Assembly (NCBI GenBank): GCA_002633005.1
Contig: NMRA01000043.1
Coordinates: forward strand, 462,018 to 526,017
Direction of reading: 5' to 3'
Length of the DNA: 64,000 nt
From: Phoronis australis
Taxonomy: Eukaryota > Animalia > Phoronida
The notes beneath the pieces are model-generated. The model saw nothing but the letters and a program-made list of their open reading frames with translations. It was not told the DNA's origin and did no database searches. Positions 45,940 through 58,052 of this stretch are shown here, one piece after another. The position numbers and the translations under genes were made by a program. Numbering within the stretch: the first letter of the stretch is position 1; each line of letters opens with the position of its first letter.

Positions 45940-48603
45940 TAGTTTTAATATCTTCCAGAACCGTTCTCTTTCACGCACACCATAACCTTCACCAGTCGGC
46001 CATTCTACATACGTCACATGTCTCATGAAACATTTCAGCTTGGACTTGAGTTCCTTCTTTGGGATTTTCTCTAACATCACCATGACGATAAATTGTCGCT
46101 TGACCTCCAGGAGCCTCACCAGTGCCATTTCCAACTCAAACTCTCCCCACTCGCTGTTCATGAATTTCCTTGTCATGACAAATATGATGCTGCGACTGTG
46201 ATTCATGTTGTTTATTATATTCTCACGAATCCACTCTCCTGCCCTGAAGTCTCGATGATGAATACAGAGTTTGAATTGACAGTCATTTCCCTCTTCTAAC
46301 TCTGGCATCATGTTATCTTTCACCCATTTGACATCGTCAATATTATAGCACACCATTGCATCGTACTCATAAGTTTCTCTGACAGGACACTTTCTGAATT
46401 TGTACTTGAAGTAGTACCAGTATTTTATGTCCAACCTGTAGTGTGCCAGCACAAGTACAGGGGTAATTAAAAGTACAAGACCAGCACTGGACAGTACAAT
46501 TATAACATAGATATGTCCATCACATTCTATCCAAGGGAGATTAAAACCAGCAATGTTCGTTTCTTTCAGTGTTGCAGGATAACTGCAGTTATCAAGAAGT
46601 TTTTCTCTCAAATTATTACTTTTGTTGTTGAGCCAATCTCTGAACTCCCTTAGTTCGCAGTTGCAGTCAAATTTGTTGTTTTGTAAAGAAATGAGTTTCA
46701 AATGTTTTAAACCTTTACAATTGCTTTCGTCAAAGGTATGTATGAGATTGTTGTGTAAGAGCAGTTGTTTTAATAAAGTTAGTCTTGAAAATACATATTT
46801 TCCTATAGTTTGCAAGCTGTTATAGGATAAATCTAAGTACTCAAGTTTTGAGAAGTTCAAAAATGTTTGTTCGTTCAGATTTTGTATTCTATTATTTGAT
46901 AAGGTCAGCAATTTCAGGTTGGGCATCTGCATTTTGTTCAATGGCCCCTTATCGAACGACAGTCCGTAGTTATTGCCAGCTTTCAAAGTGGTTAGAGCAG
47001 GAAAATCCAAATCCATCTTTTCCGCCATCCTTACACTAAGTACTTCGACACACGGCTTGCAATTCTGCATCTCGAGTATTCGCATTCTCCTCGGAAGGGA
47101 GACATGAATGCAATACCGGGACTTTGACGGATGGATTTGACACGATAAATCGTTGGCTCTCAATATTTCTAAATTCCGAAGGATTAACGTGAAAACGGTC
47201 ATCAATGTGGTATCTGAAACATCAACGTGCTTGAGAGTTTTAACATTATTTAGCTTATAGGCGTTGCTTGTTTCGTACCATTTTCCCAATTTGTTCAACA
47301 ATAGTGTTGACACTGACTCCAGCCTGTTAATGTTTTCCAAAATATTGTACAGAGACGTTGAACTTTGGACACTGTTTCCCGTTAGAACTAATGTTTCAAG
47401 TTTATCTAAAGCGTTGAAAGCATTTTTGTCAACTTTGCCAATGTGCGAATAAGTTATCTCAAGGAATTTCAAGTTCTTCAAACCATTCAAACCATTTTTA
47501 GGTAGGTCCTTGATTTTTCCTTTTTCGACACTAAACTTTTGTAATGATGTGGAATTAAGAAAAGAAAAGTCTTTAGCAGTTAAACTGACATCTGTTCCAA
47601 GTAAGACAAGCTGATATATAGTGATCTTTGATATGCAATCAAACAGTGTTTGAAAGAATTGTGCTTCATATTGCATATGCTTTATCTCTCGTGCAATAAC
47701 AAGTTGTCGTATAGTTGTGTTTCGTTTGGCTAAATGTTCAAAGGCATCCTTCTTTAGTTGATAAACATAGTTTTCTGAAAGGTCAAGGGAAAGTTCAGTC
47801 ATTGCATAACTGCTGAAGTCATCTTTCTCTAGGTATAGGATTAAGTTATTGCTCAGATCAATGGACAGGTTAGTGGTTTGGAAACAACCTGGCCAAATTC
47901 TCAAATGTCTGATTGCATTGTTTGACAAGTTAAGCAAACGTAAGTTTGAAAGCGATGACAAACATGGTATGGATGTCCAATGATTAGAGCTGTATTCTAA
48001 ACTGTGTAGATTGGGCAATGTTACGTTATCATTAAGTGTTATAGAACCGCCTAATCTGTATCCGCTTAAAGTTAAATGTTCGAGATCAGGCAAAAGAAGT
48101 AAGATATCTTCAATGTGGATTTCTTGAAGTGCTCTCAACTCTGGGGCAACTTCTTTATTGTGTGGGTAAATGTACAACTTTTTCAAGTTTGGAATGGGTT
48201 TGAATGCTGGCGTATGAATTGTGACCAATATATACCAGGCTTGTGAAGGTACGAAATCCAGTGTCAGCTCTCTTAGACTGAACAGACCATTGAATACTGA
48301 GCCATTGATATCGACATGAACGTCACATAACTTCAAAGTGAGCACTTGCAACTGTGAGAACCTTTGAAGAGTGTTTTCTTCAAGTTCCTGAACCTTGCAT
48401 CGATTTGTCATTGTGAGTGAAGTGACGTCATTAGCCATTGTCATTGTCATGATCTCATAGGAGGAATACGTTTGATGGTATGTCCTGCCAGAGTGGTCTT
48501 GGAAGTCAACAGTACATTGCACAGGGCATGTGGTTTTGGACTTCCTTCTGGTGGCATGTACAGTTCCGCACACCATTAGTGCTATCAGCAGTGTAAAAGC
48601 CAT
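45877..48603 (-). CDS. Toll-like receptor (single-cysteine-cluster type), 908 aa, intronless CDS
   Basis: Signal peptide, then many LxxLxLxxN LRRs. LRRCT NKFDCNCELREFRDWL...CSYP...C. TM segment IYVIIVLSSAGLVLLITPVLVL. TIR domain YDAMVCY...LCIHHRDFRAG...SEWGEFE...TYVEWP...FWKILKLAL. Confidence 0.97.
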   Translation of the reverse strand: MAFTLLIALMVCGTVHATRRKSKTTCPVQCTVDFQDHSGRTYHQTYSSYEIMTMTMANDVTSLTMTNRCKVQELEENTLQRFSQLQVLTLKLCDVHVDINGSVFNGLFSLRELTLDFVPSQAWYILVTIHTPAFKPIPNLKKLYIYPHNKEVAPELRALQEIHIEDILLLLPDLEHLTLSGYRLGGSITLNDNVTLPNLHSLEYSSNHWTSIPCLSSLSNLRLLNLSNNAIRHLRIWPGCFQTTNLSIDLSNNLILYLEKDDFSSYAMTELSLDLSENYVYQLKKDAFEHLAKRNTTIRQLVIAREIKHMQYEAQFFQTLFDCISKITIYQLVLLGTDVSLTAKDFSFLNSTSLQKFSVEKGKIKDLPKNGLNGLKNLKFLEITYSHIGKVDKNAFNALDKLETLVLTGNSVQSSTSLYNILENINRLESVSTLLLNKLGKWYETSNAYKLNNVKTLKHVDVSDTTLMTVFTLILRNLEILRANDLSCQIHPSKSRYCIHVSLPRRMRILEMQNCKPCVEVLSVRMAEKMDLDFPALTTLKAGNNYGLSFDKGPLNKMQMPNLKLLTLSNNRIQNLNEQTFLNFSKLEYLDLSYNSLQTIGKYVFSRLTLLKQLLLHNNLIHTFDESNCKGLKHLKLISLQNNKFDCNCELREFRDWLNNKSNNLREKLLDNCSYPATLKETNIAGFNLPWIECDGHIYVIIVLSSAGLVLLITPVLVLAHYRLDIKYWYYFKYKFRKCPVRETYEYDAMVCYNIDDVKWVKDNMMPELEEGNDCQFKLCIHHRDFRAGEWIRENIINNMNHSRSIIFVMTRKFMNSEWGEFELEMALVRLLEVKRQFIVMVMLEKIPKKELKSKLKCFMRHVTYVEWPTGEGYGVRERERFWKILKLALLDHKQATVVDCHTPLLAE

Positions 48604-48664
48604 GATTGGCTTGGATCGTAAATAAACTGGTTTCAGTGTACTCCTGACTGTCGGCTGGCAAACC
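48604..48664 (-). other. TLR 5'UTR segment preceded by a splice acceptor
   Basis: TTGAATTGATTGCAG|GG lies 61 nt upstream of the ATG, suggesting an upstream non-coding exon. Confidence 0.5.
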
Positions 48665-48960
48665 CTGCAATCAATTCAAAGACTTTAATTTAATTTTGTT
48701 GTGAGAGAGCTACAACATTGCTGAATGGGAGCACTGACTCGCCATAGGGTGCATTGCTGTCATGAAAATACTGAGGTCATGTGATCTATTCACACCTTTC
48801 TATTCGTCACAAATTAACATGGGATGTACGGACACAGGTAATCACTTCTCAACTGACAAACTATGATACTAACACCAAAATGACGATTCTTTCCAGACCT
48901 TTAAATTTGAAATTTATTGACGGGTGTCTATCTTGAATGAAACATTCACAGACGGTGACA

Positions 48961-50298
48961 TGTTAAAGTTTGCTGTCTCTTGCTCATGATATTTTATTTA
49001 AGCGCTAACTCGCGAGGTCATCAGTCAAGATTGTGCCATTCGGAAGCGGACTGACGTAAGGGACAAACAGTACGCCTCCCCTCCCCGCCACGTGGTCGAC
49101 ACCCGACACCTCCTCAACGTCCCATTCGGTCGACAAAGGTTCCTTCCCAGAAAGCATGCTTGTCGCAGAATTTGTATTTTGGCATCATTTTGGTTTAGTC
49201 ATCGTATCACACAACTTTCACCTGCTGTTCACTGCCACTTTCTCAGGGGACTAGTAATGCTTCCAATTCCTAGCACTGTTTGTAAACATAATGCATCCCT
49301 TATTTGTACATCTTATTTGATTGGTTAATCTTGTATCTCTAGTCTCTATATTTCTTTCATTTGTGTTTCATGTGTAGTTGTATTCAGCACTGATAGTGTC
49401 TATGTTCTGTTTCACTAACTGCAGTTTATAACAACAGAACTAGTTAGGCTAAACTTCGTTGTTTCTGTCGTTCCAACGAACCACCTCTACGTGCATACCG
49501 TATTTATCCCTTTACGCCACATTTTGGTGCCGTGACCCGCGAATTATGGTACAGCGCCTCAGAGCCAAGCGATCCACTCAGAAGGGAAAGATCACGACCA
49601 TTTTTCAAAAGCTATACAGACTACAACAAGAATCCTCACCTCCTCGCCACCCTCCAAGAAAAGTTAGAAGCAGTTACCTCACTCAGTATGCTAAGATTCA
49701 CGATCTCCTTCATGACAATGAAGAAGCCATTCAAAAAATTTACGACGAGGAAACCTACATTACGGACGTGGTATTATCCACAGGACAACATCTTCCGTCT
49801 ACATCCACAACTGTTGCACCTAAAACTTCATCGCCGACAGCACATTTACCAAAATTGGAACTCCCTAAATTCTACGGCGATTTCCTGGAATTCCCCGGCT
49901 TTTGGGACATGTACATCGCTACCGTCCACAACAACCCACACCTAACGGACGTTCACAAATTTCAGCTATTATACTCGTCATTAAAAGGTGGGGCCAAGGA
50001 AATTTTCAATGCCCTGTCTATCACCGAGGCAAATTATTCCACAGCCATGGATCTCTTGTAAGACCGCTACGGCTAAAGTACCAAACTTCTCTCCGAGATC
50101 ATTCGCAAAATTCATGCTTTAACTGTCCATCCCATCCCGAACACTTTTCAACTATATGGAAGTGCTGCTATAAAGACACCGGTATTCACCATCGACCTGA
50201 CGGACAACAAACAGCTGACTTCCGGAAGAGCATTGCGCGTCAAAACCACGGAGACATGCACATGTCTCTCACCACTCTTCGCGACGTCTTGAAGACAG

Positions 50299-50301
<3 letters not shown>
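48961..50301 (+). mobile_element. BEL/Pao LTR retrotransposon 5' part (LTR, PBS, truncated gag)
   Basis: The LTR ends ...CA at 49521 (its 5' boundary is uncertain). PBS TGGTGCCGTGACCC at 49525 is complementary to the tRNA-His 3' end. Gag LPKLELPKFYGDFLEFPGFWDMY...KFQLLYSSLKGGA...NYSTAMDLL*DRYG is DUF1759-like. Confidence 0.9.
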
Positions 50302-50302
<1 letters not shown>

Positions 50303-50351
<49 letters not shown>

Positions 50352-50503
50352 TAAAATAATAATAATGATAATAATAAATAATAATAATAAAATAATAATA
50401 ATGATAATAATAAATAATAATAATAAAATAATAATAATGATAATAATAATGATAATAATAAATAATAATAATAATAAAATAATAATAATAATAATAATAG
50501 TAA
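50303..50503 (+). repeat. (AAT)n imperfect microsatellite, ~200 bp
   Basis: Directly visible in the sequence. Confidence 0.98.
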
Positions 50504-50514
50504 TCTTGCAACCC

Positions 50515-53330
50515 CGGCGCGAAATTAATGTTTCTTTCTGTTGACGTGCTGGATTTGTGTTGCAAGTCTCACATTGACGAATGCAGTCCGTCCACTTTTT
50601 GTTCATGGAGAGCCAATATATCACATTGCGGCCAAGTCTCAAACACCTTTGGATTCCACCATGCGGCTCATGAAGGCGATTCATGATCTTATGAAAAAGG
50701 TTCTTCGGGATGATAAAACGGAATCCCTTGAAGAATATCTCATCATACAAGCGAGTTCATCTCTCAAATGAAAGTACGCATGCATCTCCTGAGCAGTGTC
50801 GTATTTGCTTTCTAGCCAACCAAAAAGAATGGCCTTCCCTAAGACCTGTAGTGTTAGATCTTTCCTTGTCTCCTCCTGGATCTCGGCGAATTGTGGCTTC
50901 GATATACCCAAGAAATCAGCGTTGTGAATCGTTTCTGCTTCGATTTGCTTACCCGTTCTAGGTAACGATGCTCGTGATAGCGTGCTAACTAAGTGCAGAT
51001 GATTGTGCAGGATTTCCACATACTAGTTTTGCAGGCGCATCATCAACCGCTGCAGTCATTTCGGGACCGTCTCAAGCCCCTTTTTCCATATGGAGATCAA
51101 AGGCTTGTGATCTGACCTTAGAATTACCTTGCGTCCAAAGACATACTGATGGTTGCGTTCCATTCCGGAAACGAGAGCTAGCAGCTCCTTTTCAATTTGG
51201 CCACACTTTTGTTCAGTTGATGTCAAGGTTCTGCTTGCGTAATTCCCACAGTGTTGTAGTGGGGCGTAGGTGCACGTGGGCGAAGCCAACCACCTTTTGG
51301 CATTTGAACGTAGCGCACCGTACGTTACGTTCAGTGCTCAAGGTGGGCTTTGGGCGCCTACTTCCCTCTGAAGTCCCAGGCTGTTTGTTCTGCAGCTGAG
51401 CAAATCCAAGACCTTCTGACAACACATGGCCTTGCCCTTCGACTGGGACAGCTAGGTCAAAGTACTTCAACACTGCAGTGCTCATTATAGCTTGTTTAAC
51501 ACATCCTGTTCGACAGACCAATTCCAAGGGACATCCTCGTGAGTGAGTTTTCTCAGAAGTTAACACATCTCAAATGACCCTTACAAATGTTTTGACAAAT
51601 ACTTGACCACTGTAATCACGCTCCAGCAACATCAGCTGGCTTGTCCATTTTAATAATGACATCTACCTTTTGTAGATCAGACTTCAGACCTTCATTAGTT
51701 CATGGAAAGGGGCTTCTGAGCTTCTGCAGATCAATTTGTCTCTATTCAGCTTAATGCTTTTCCCTTTGCATCTGCAACAGTAGCCTGATGTTATGATCGT
51801 GGTTGTGGATGGTGTCATCCTGAGTCGAACCTTGTCCAGTGATGAGTATATCATCCGCCAACTTGTACACACCCGGCAGGCCTTAAAAGAGTTGGTCTGG
51901 GCGTTGCATGAAGTATTTGGGCGCTGGTGAAATAACAAATGGCATTCGAAGAAATCGATACCTTCCCCATGCATGGGGGTCTGAAAGATAGTTAGTAAAC
52001 TTGAGTCTTCGTCGAGCTCGAATTGGAAAAATCCTCCTTTTAGATCAGTCTTACTAAACACTTTAGGCTTTAGCTTGAGCGAGGTCTAGTAGTACATGTA
52101 CTATAGATAAGGGTAGTGGTTGTGTTTCAGCCCAGTCTTCAGATGTTGTGGGTCGATACATACCCAAAACTTACCATTGGACCTTAGGCTGTGTCACTTG
52201 CTTTATGATACCACGTCGCTCAAGTCTATTCAGTTCGTTGCACAGACTACTTTTCATGGCGACCAGGACACGTCTTGGCGGCGCATAGCTGTCAACTTCT
52301 AGATGCATCTGTCTTGGCATACGCCCCAGACCACCAAATACGTCACTGTGCTCTTCAGCAAGGTCACGTGTGCAACAGACGGGTCATCTTGAATCTGTCA
52401 TGTAGCACCTAGACAAGTTTCATCTTTTGTGTTGCTCGACAACTCAATAATCGGGTGACGTCAACATCGACCACTGTGTATTCTTCCCAGTACTTTTTCT
52501 CCTTCTTGAGGGTTAGTGGTCTTCTGTACACATCTTCCTATACAAGGCATTGTGGACTTGTTGAATATAAGGAGAACTCGTGTAGTCGATTGAGTTCTGT
52601 GTTGGGAAGCTAGTGTTTCACCGGCAGTAGACTACAGGTGGCACCGCAGTCAGCTTGCATCTTTATCATTTTCTCATTCATTACCCTGTCGGCCTGTTTT
52701 TGGTTCTACATCTACATTTACCAAGAAGATCTCCTCGTCTGTTGAGTCGTTGTTCACCATATGGGCTTGATGTTTCTTTTTCTTTTGGGGTTTAGGGTGC
52801 ACACGGGTTTGACAAGTTTGAGCTGTGTGATTCATCTTCCCACAGCGAGGACATTATTAGCCCTAAGCAGGACATTTGGTCTTTGACCATTCATGAGATT
52901 CCCCAGAGAACTTGCAATGTTTCACAAATTTAGACTTGGTTTGGGTTTTCTTTCGTCGATTGACAACTTGCACGTGATCTCCACCAGTAATTGACATAGC
53001 TTTCAACTGTGTACTTGTTTCTGTTCTGCTAACCTGCAAACCTCAATGGTTTTTTTTCAACGTGAGATCACGCTGCTGCAACAGTTTTTACGCATTGTGT
53101 TGTTCTGTAGACCACACACTACCGTATGTCTCAGTAACTCATCGGTCAGAATTCAGTATGCACAAAGTTTAATCAGGGTTTTCAGGGCAGTTACGTAATC
53201 GTCTATGATTCCCCCCGAGTCTTGTTGACGACTATGAAATACATATAACATTGGTCTTACCAATGTAATAATCGCTCTGAAGTTCAATTATTTTCCCCAT
53301 ATCATTTTGTCACCGACTGCTTGAAAGGAC
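50515..53330 (-). mobile_element. Degenerate Ty3/Gypsy (Mag-like) gag-pol
   Basis: Gag CCHC knuckles at ~52820-52920. RT FSKTDLKGGFFQFELDEDSSLLTIFQTP. RNase H YASRTLT..EKELLALVSGMERNHQYVFGR. Integrase zinc finger LHEPHGGIQRC...CETC. Confidence 0.92.
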
Positions 53331-53597
53331 AGCTTGTTGTGTAAACACCTCAACAAGAGTTTGGAAATTTGTGTTCACTCGCTGTGTTTTTATTATTTTG
53401 ATTTAATTAAATCACATTGCATACCAATGAAAAGCCCTGTCATTTCCGTTCCAACAGTATCATATTCCGTCTATAAATGTTTCTGTTTAGTAAATTTGGT
53501 GCCAAAGAGAGCTTGGTCACTAAGTGAATGTTGTAAATTCAGTTGGAGCTGAATGTGAATTCAAGTTTTTATCATTTAGCTTTCTCAATAGCGATTA

Positions 53598-54830
53598 CAG
53601 TGCTGGTTCCGTAAAAACTTATGACAATTTGGCAACACTTAAAAACTTTATTTATTGAACAACTAACTGATAGACAGTAGTGATAGTCAGGACTGATAGA
53701 CAACATTGATAGTCTTCTCAGCATCGGGTTGACGAACTTCGCGGTCACCACAGCGACACACCTTCTTCGTACGCTGTTTACTAGCTAATGGCGACCCGTT
53801 GCGGTTTGATGGCATTCCATTCCCGAGTCAGTAAGCGCCACAGTTGTTATATTGGTCACTCGCGTACATATAGCCCGCCCGAGTTGGTCCCACAGGTGTT
53901 CGATAGAGTTCAAGTCTGGGCTGCATGCGGGCCATTTTGTTAGCTGTACTTCCAAATGGCGCAGATGGTCTGTCACAAGCCTGACTGGGTGGGGGAGCGC
54001 GTAATTGTCATCTTGGAAGATGGAATTAGGTCCCATAAGTTGAGAGGGGTTTGCTAATGGCTGTTGGATGTTGTCTCGGTGTACTTTACTGCATTTAGAT
54101 TGTCACCAATGGTGACGAGCCTTGTTTTGCTAGTGGTAGACGCGCCATTCCACGCCATGACACTCACCACAGAAGGTTGTAAGACGATCCGCGCAACAGT
54201 CCAGGTGTCGTTCACCATGTCGTCTTCATACTTTGACCCGGCCGTCCACCTTTCGCAGACAGAAACTGGACCCATCACTGACCATGACATTGCGCCATAT
54301 GTTTTAGTTCCACCGTTGGTGTTGCAGACACCAGCGCAAACGTGCCAGACAGAGAGCTACAGCCATTGCTGGTTTCTTCAGAGGTTGGCTGAGTGCAGTC
54401 CTCCGAATCGTCTGGTCAGAGAGACGTCTACCACAATGATGGCCTGTGAATAGTGCTTTTAGCTGTCGCGCCGGAATTCCTCGGTTCCGCAGTGAAGTCC
54501 GTGTGAGATACCTGTCTTGTCGAGGGCCGTCAATTTCGGACACCTACTTCGCGGTCTAACTTCAACACTATTGGTTTGTTGGAATTTGTTGCAGTTTGGA
54601 GATGGCACTAGAACTCACTCCGAATCGGGTCTTTTCTGCATGAGACAAACGTGGCGTACTTGGAGCCAGAACACCAGATTTTCACGTTTGAAGAAAGCTG
54701 CAAACCGGGCACTCCAAACACAATTTGCATATGCAATTCATACTGGGCCTGCTAATAGCAGGACCTCAATGCTATCATTTAACGTCTTACAAATTTGGTG
54801 TTTAGAATAGCAAGGTTAGCATGCAAGTCT
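53598..54830 (-). mobile_element. Degenerate Tc1-family DNA transposon
   Basis: FQDDN..PH and WPACSPDLNSIEHLWDQLGR DDE motifs, SVMAW, and the HTH region QDRYL. TA|CAGTG terminus at 53598. Confidence 0.9.
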
Positions 54831-56113
54831 TCAACCCATCCTTAAGAAAAGCATAGACAGAATAGGCTCTCAGAATAGCAAAAATTCTCGTTATTCAGTG
54901 AAAGTTCTGGAGAGAATGTAGGAAAGCAAGAATAGCAGAATAGGCAAGATAGCGTCTTAGAATAGCACCCAATGAGATAAATGTAACTAGAGTTGAAGTC
55001 ACGTGGTTTTCTCTTAACGGAGTGGTCCGCCATCTTGCTGATGAACCATGTTAGTGGAGATGCGTACACTGTGTTGTATTTAGGAACCAATATTGGTAAC
55101 AACACGAGATTTCAAGTAAAAACTCATAGCTTTTGTTAGTATCATCAAGTGCAAACTAGGATTTTTTGAAAATCATCCAAGAAAATCATTGCATGCTTGA
55201 GCACAGTATTAAGGGGTCTTTAGTTATAGCAGAAAAAAATAAAAAATAAAAAGTTCTATTTCTATTATAAAGATTAGACCCAGAATCAATGATATAGTTT
55301 TTTGTCTTTCGAGGTTTAAAAATTGAAACTGAAATAAAATGATTTTGTGGGTGAGAATACCATCTCAGAAACAATATTGTTCAACTTAATTTGGTCTCTA
55401 GAACGCCCACTTAAGTCGATGGTTTCATGGTCTTTTACTTGACTTTCCGTCTTAGTCCGATATGTCTTTAAGGGTTTAGTGAGCTAGATATCTGTTGTTT
55501 TCTATCAACGAAGAAACACAAAAAGTGATTACAACATTAATAGTTGTGCATTTTTAGAGTGGACACCAATTTGAAGATTTATTAATATAGCCAGGTTACT
55601 AAGAATAGAACAGTATCGAAGGAAGGGATACCCCAAGAATGCTACACCCCACAATGTTATGTTGAGACAGTAGATGGGTTGTTTCTGTAATTTCAAGAGG
55701 TGAGACAAATGTTCTGTAGTCTGGCGAGCTTTTAAATCTGCAACTGTCCTATCAAAACTTTATTGTTTGAAATGGTTACAGTATCTGAATGTGTTGTTCC
55801 TGTGTGAGCATTTTTCTTGTCCTTCTCGTTCTGGATGGCCAATAATATGGAAGTGTGCTTGTTATTGACAGAAAAAAACGGCAATTCAACACATCATGGT
55901 CGCATAAAAGGGGTACATTGAGTGGCGTAAAAATTAATATTGGTGAAAATTAATACAGCGAACGCCTTTTTAAAACTCTAGTTCCGCGGCGTGTCAAGTT
56001 GTTTTACAGCAGAGTCTATAACACAACATTTTGAACTTTGAGACCGTGTCCTTTCAAACTGTACAAATTACCAGTTCGCCACGCTAAGATGAATCAGATA
56101 CTAGGACAAGTAA

Positions 56114-56145
56114 TACCAGGAAGTGGTTATCACCACTTCCTGGTA
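56114..56145. promoter_or_regulatory. Perfect 14-bp-arm palindrome containing two ETS consensus sites
   Basis: TACCAGGAAGTGGT-TATC-ACCACTTCCTGGTA. The palindrome is certain; its function is inferred. Confidence 0.5.
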
Positions 56146-57924
56146 ATGCTAGATAGTTAAAGAAAAGTAGCGTATCACTGAAGTAATTTTCCTTTCCTTG
56201 AGACAGCTCAGCGCGCCTTACATACGTTTTATTTTTTGAAAAAACGTAACTATTATTCCTTGGTATAACGTGTACTAGACAATTTCAATCACCTTTCGGG
56301 AAATTGGGTCTGTGCAAATGCATACATCGATCTCCGGCTTCGGCCGCCCAAGCAGTGATGCACACGTGGGTAACCGATGTATACCCTATAATTATGTGTG
56401 TGCCTTACCAACCAGTACAGGGTGTTTTTGGTGTCGTGCATTCTTCTTTTTTGTCATTGAAATACTCAATGTTAACATATCAGTTATTATAACCCTATCG
56501 TTTTGCAAAATTTTACTGCCACCTGTTATTCAACCTGACTTATGCCCTCAATTCCGAATACGCACATGTAGGCCTACGCAAACATGTACAGTTCCATTGG
56601 TCAATTGTTGCATACGACTTTACATGCAGGCATATTGCTCATCGATTTCCATGGGTTTCTATGAATTTTTTTCTACTTTGTGTTTAAGTGTTTCACACAA
56701 ACGCATGCCTCAAATCTTTTTGTTAGAATAAATCAAGTGGTGTCTGATCAAGGAATTTTTAGATCCATTCTAAAAAACTTTGGGAATGCAGTGATGTAAT
56801 GGTTCGCCTGAGAGCGGCCCCCTTGACAGCTGATAGCTGATCGTCATGTCGGTTTATAAACAACTGGAACTGAAAAATAGGTACTATACAATTATAGCGA
56901 CGAAAAAGGTTAATCACTGTATAATATCATTTTCTAAACTTTATACATTTCAGTGATTGTCGTTTCGACTGAGCCGCCAAAATCTCCCAGGCCCTAGCAG
57001 CACTCTGCGAGAATTTCAGCCAAAGCATTAGGAATTTTGTCTTTGCAATGGCTTATATGACCGTTTAAGCAATGCGTGGGTCACAGGTTTACACTGCTTT
57101 ATGTTACCAATATTTTAGAACCTCGTTAGTATTTAAAATTTCCAATTTTATTGTGAAAATTCCCCGCCTTCCATAAGGCCACCGGACTTTTGTACACATA
57201 GCGTTCATCATCAATATGGCGGACCACGTGCCACGCGCTGTCTGGCTTGCGAGTATGGTCGTGTCGTCTATATATAGCTCATTGACAGCACCATAGATTG
57301 ATTAGAATATGCACTAGGAATCTGAGCTCCACATAGTCGTGTAAAATCACTAAGATTTCTCTTAAGGCGCTAGCGTCACTATAAGCCTTATGCTATTATG
57401 TTGCTATTCAGGATGTATAAATTCTATTCTAAGAAATATACAATCCTGTGGTGCGGCACCCGGGGGGTCACTAATATTAACAAGGTGTCCGCAGGCGTGT
57501 ACCGGCACCAAAACTTGCGGGTAGGTGGTACTTTTCACCAAGTTTTGTGGGACTCACGCGGGATTCCAATGAGTTCCCTAAATTTCCATTTCCGACGGTC
57601 CCCGCAAAAGGGGTGGAGCAAAAAAAACTAGCCCGCAAAAGGGCTGAGGAAAGAATCTACCCAGCAAAATAGGGTGAAAATTTAAAGACCTTGCACCCGC
57701 AATAGGAGATCTCTCAACAACTTTTGGTACACGCATGAGTGCATAGAATGACCTCCCGGCGTGGCACCTGTTAAGTTCTATATGGAATGTTTTCTGTTGC
57801 AATATTCAAATTCTTGTTGCTAACAGTGCGAAATATAAATGTTTGAACCGTTCCATGCCCTAACCAAATAACCATTACTTTCCTGATTAATCATGTTATT
57901 GAATACTGAATCGGTTCCACTTAC

Positions 57925-57985
57925 CGATAATTGTACTTGGAAGTTTTCAAACCTCTGACCTGAGTCTGCTGCTTGTTGTGACTGA
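57925..57985 (-). other. Candidate non-coding first exon of the TLR gene
   Basis: Inr-like TCAGTC at ~57985-57980 and consensus donor CG|GTAAGT at 57924. GGAA-core (ETS-like) motifs lie just upstream. Confidence 0.3.
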
Positions 57986-58052
57986 CTGGTATTGTAATAA
58001 AACTACCAGGAAAACGGGATGTGTGTGAAAGCGGAAGACTAACATGACATTT

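Noticed and set aside
50148-50565. Poly-Ile/Tyr/Asn ORFs resembling membrane proteins
   Set aside because: These are translations of the (AAT)n microsatellite fused to retroelement fragments.
54842-55471. TTAA-flanked insertion (Kolobok/piggyBac-like) at the end of the Tc1 relic
   Set aside because: TTAA flanks are present, but the ends do not form convincing inverted repeats.
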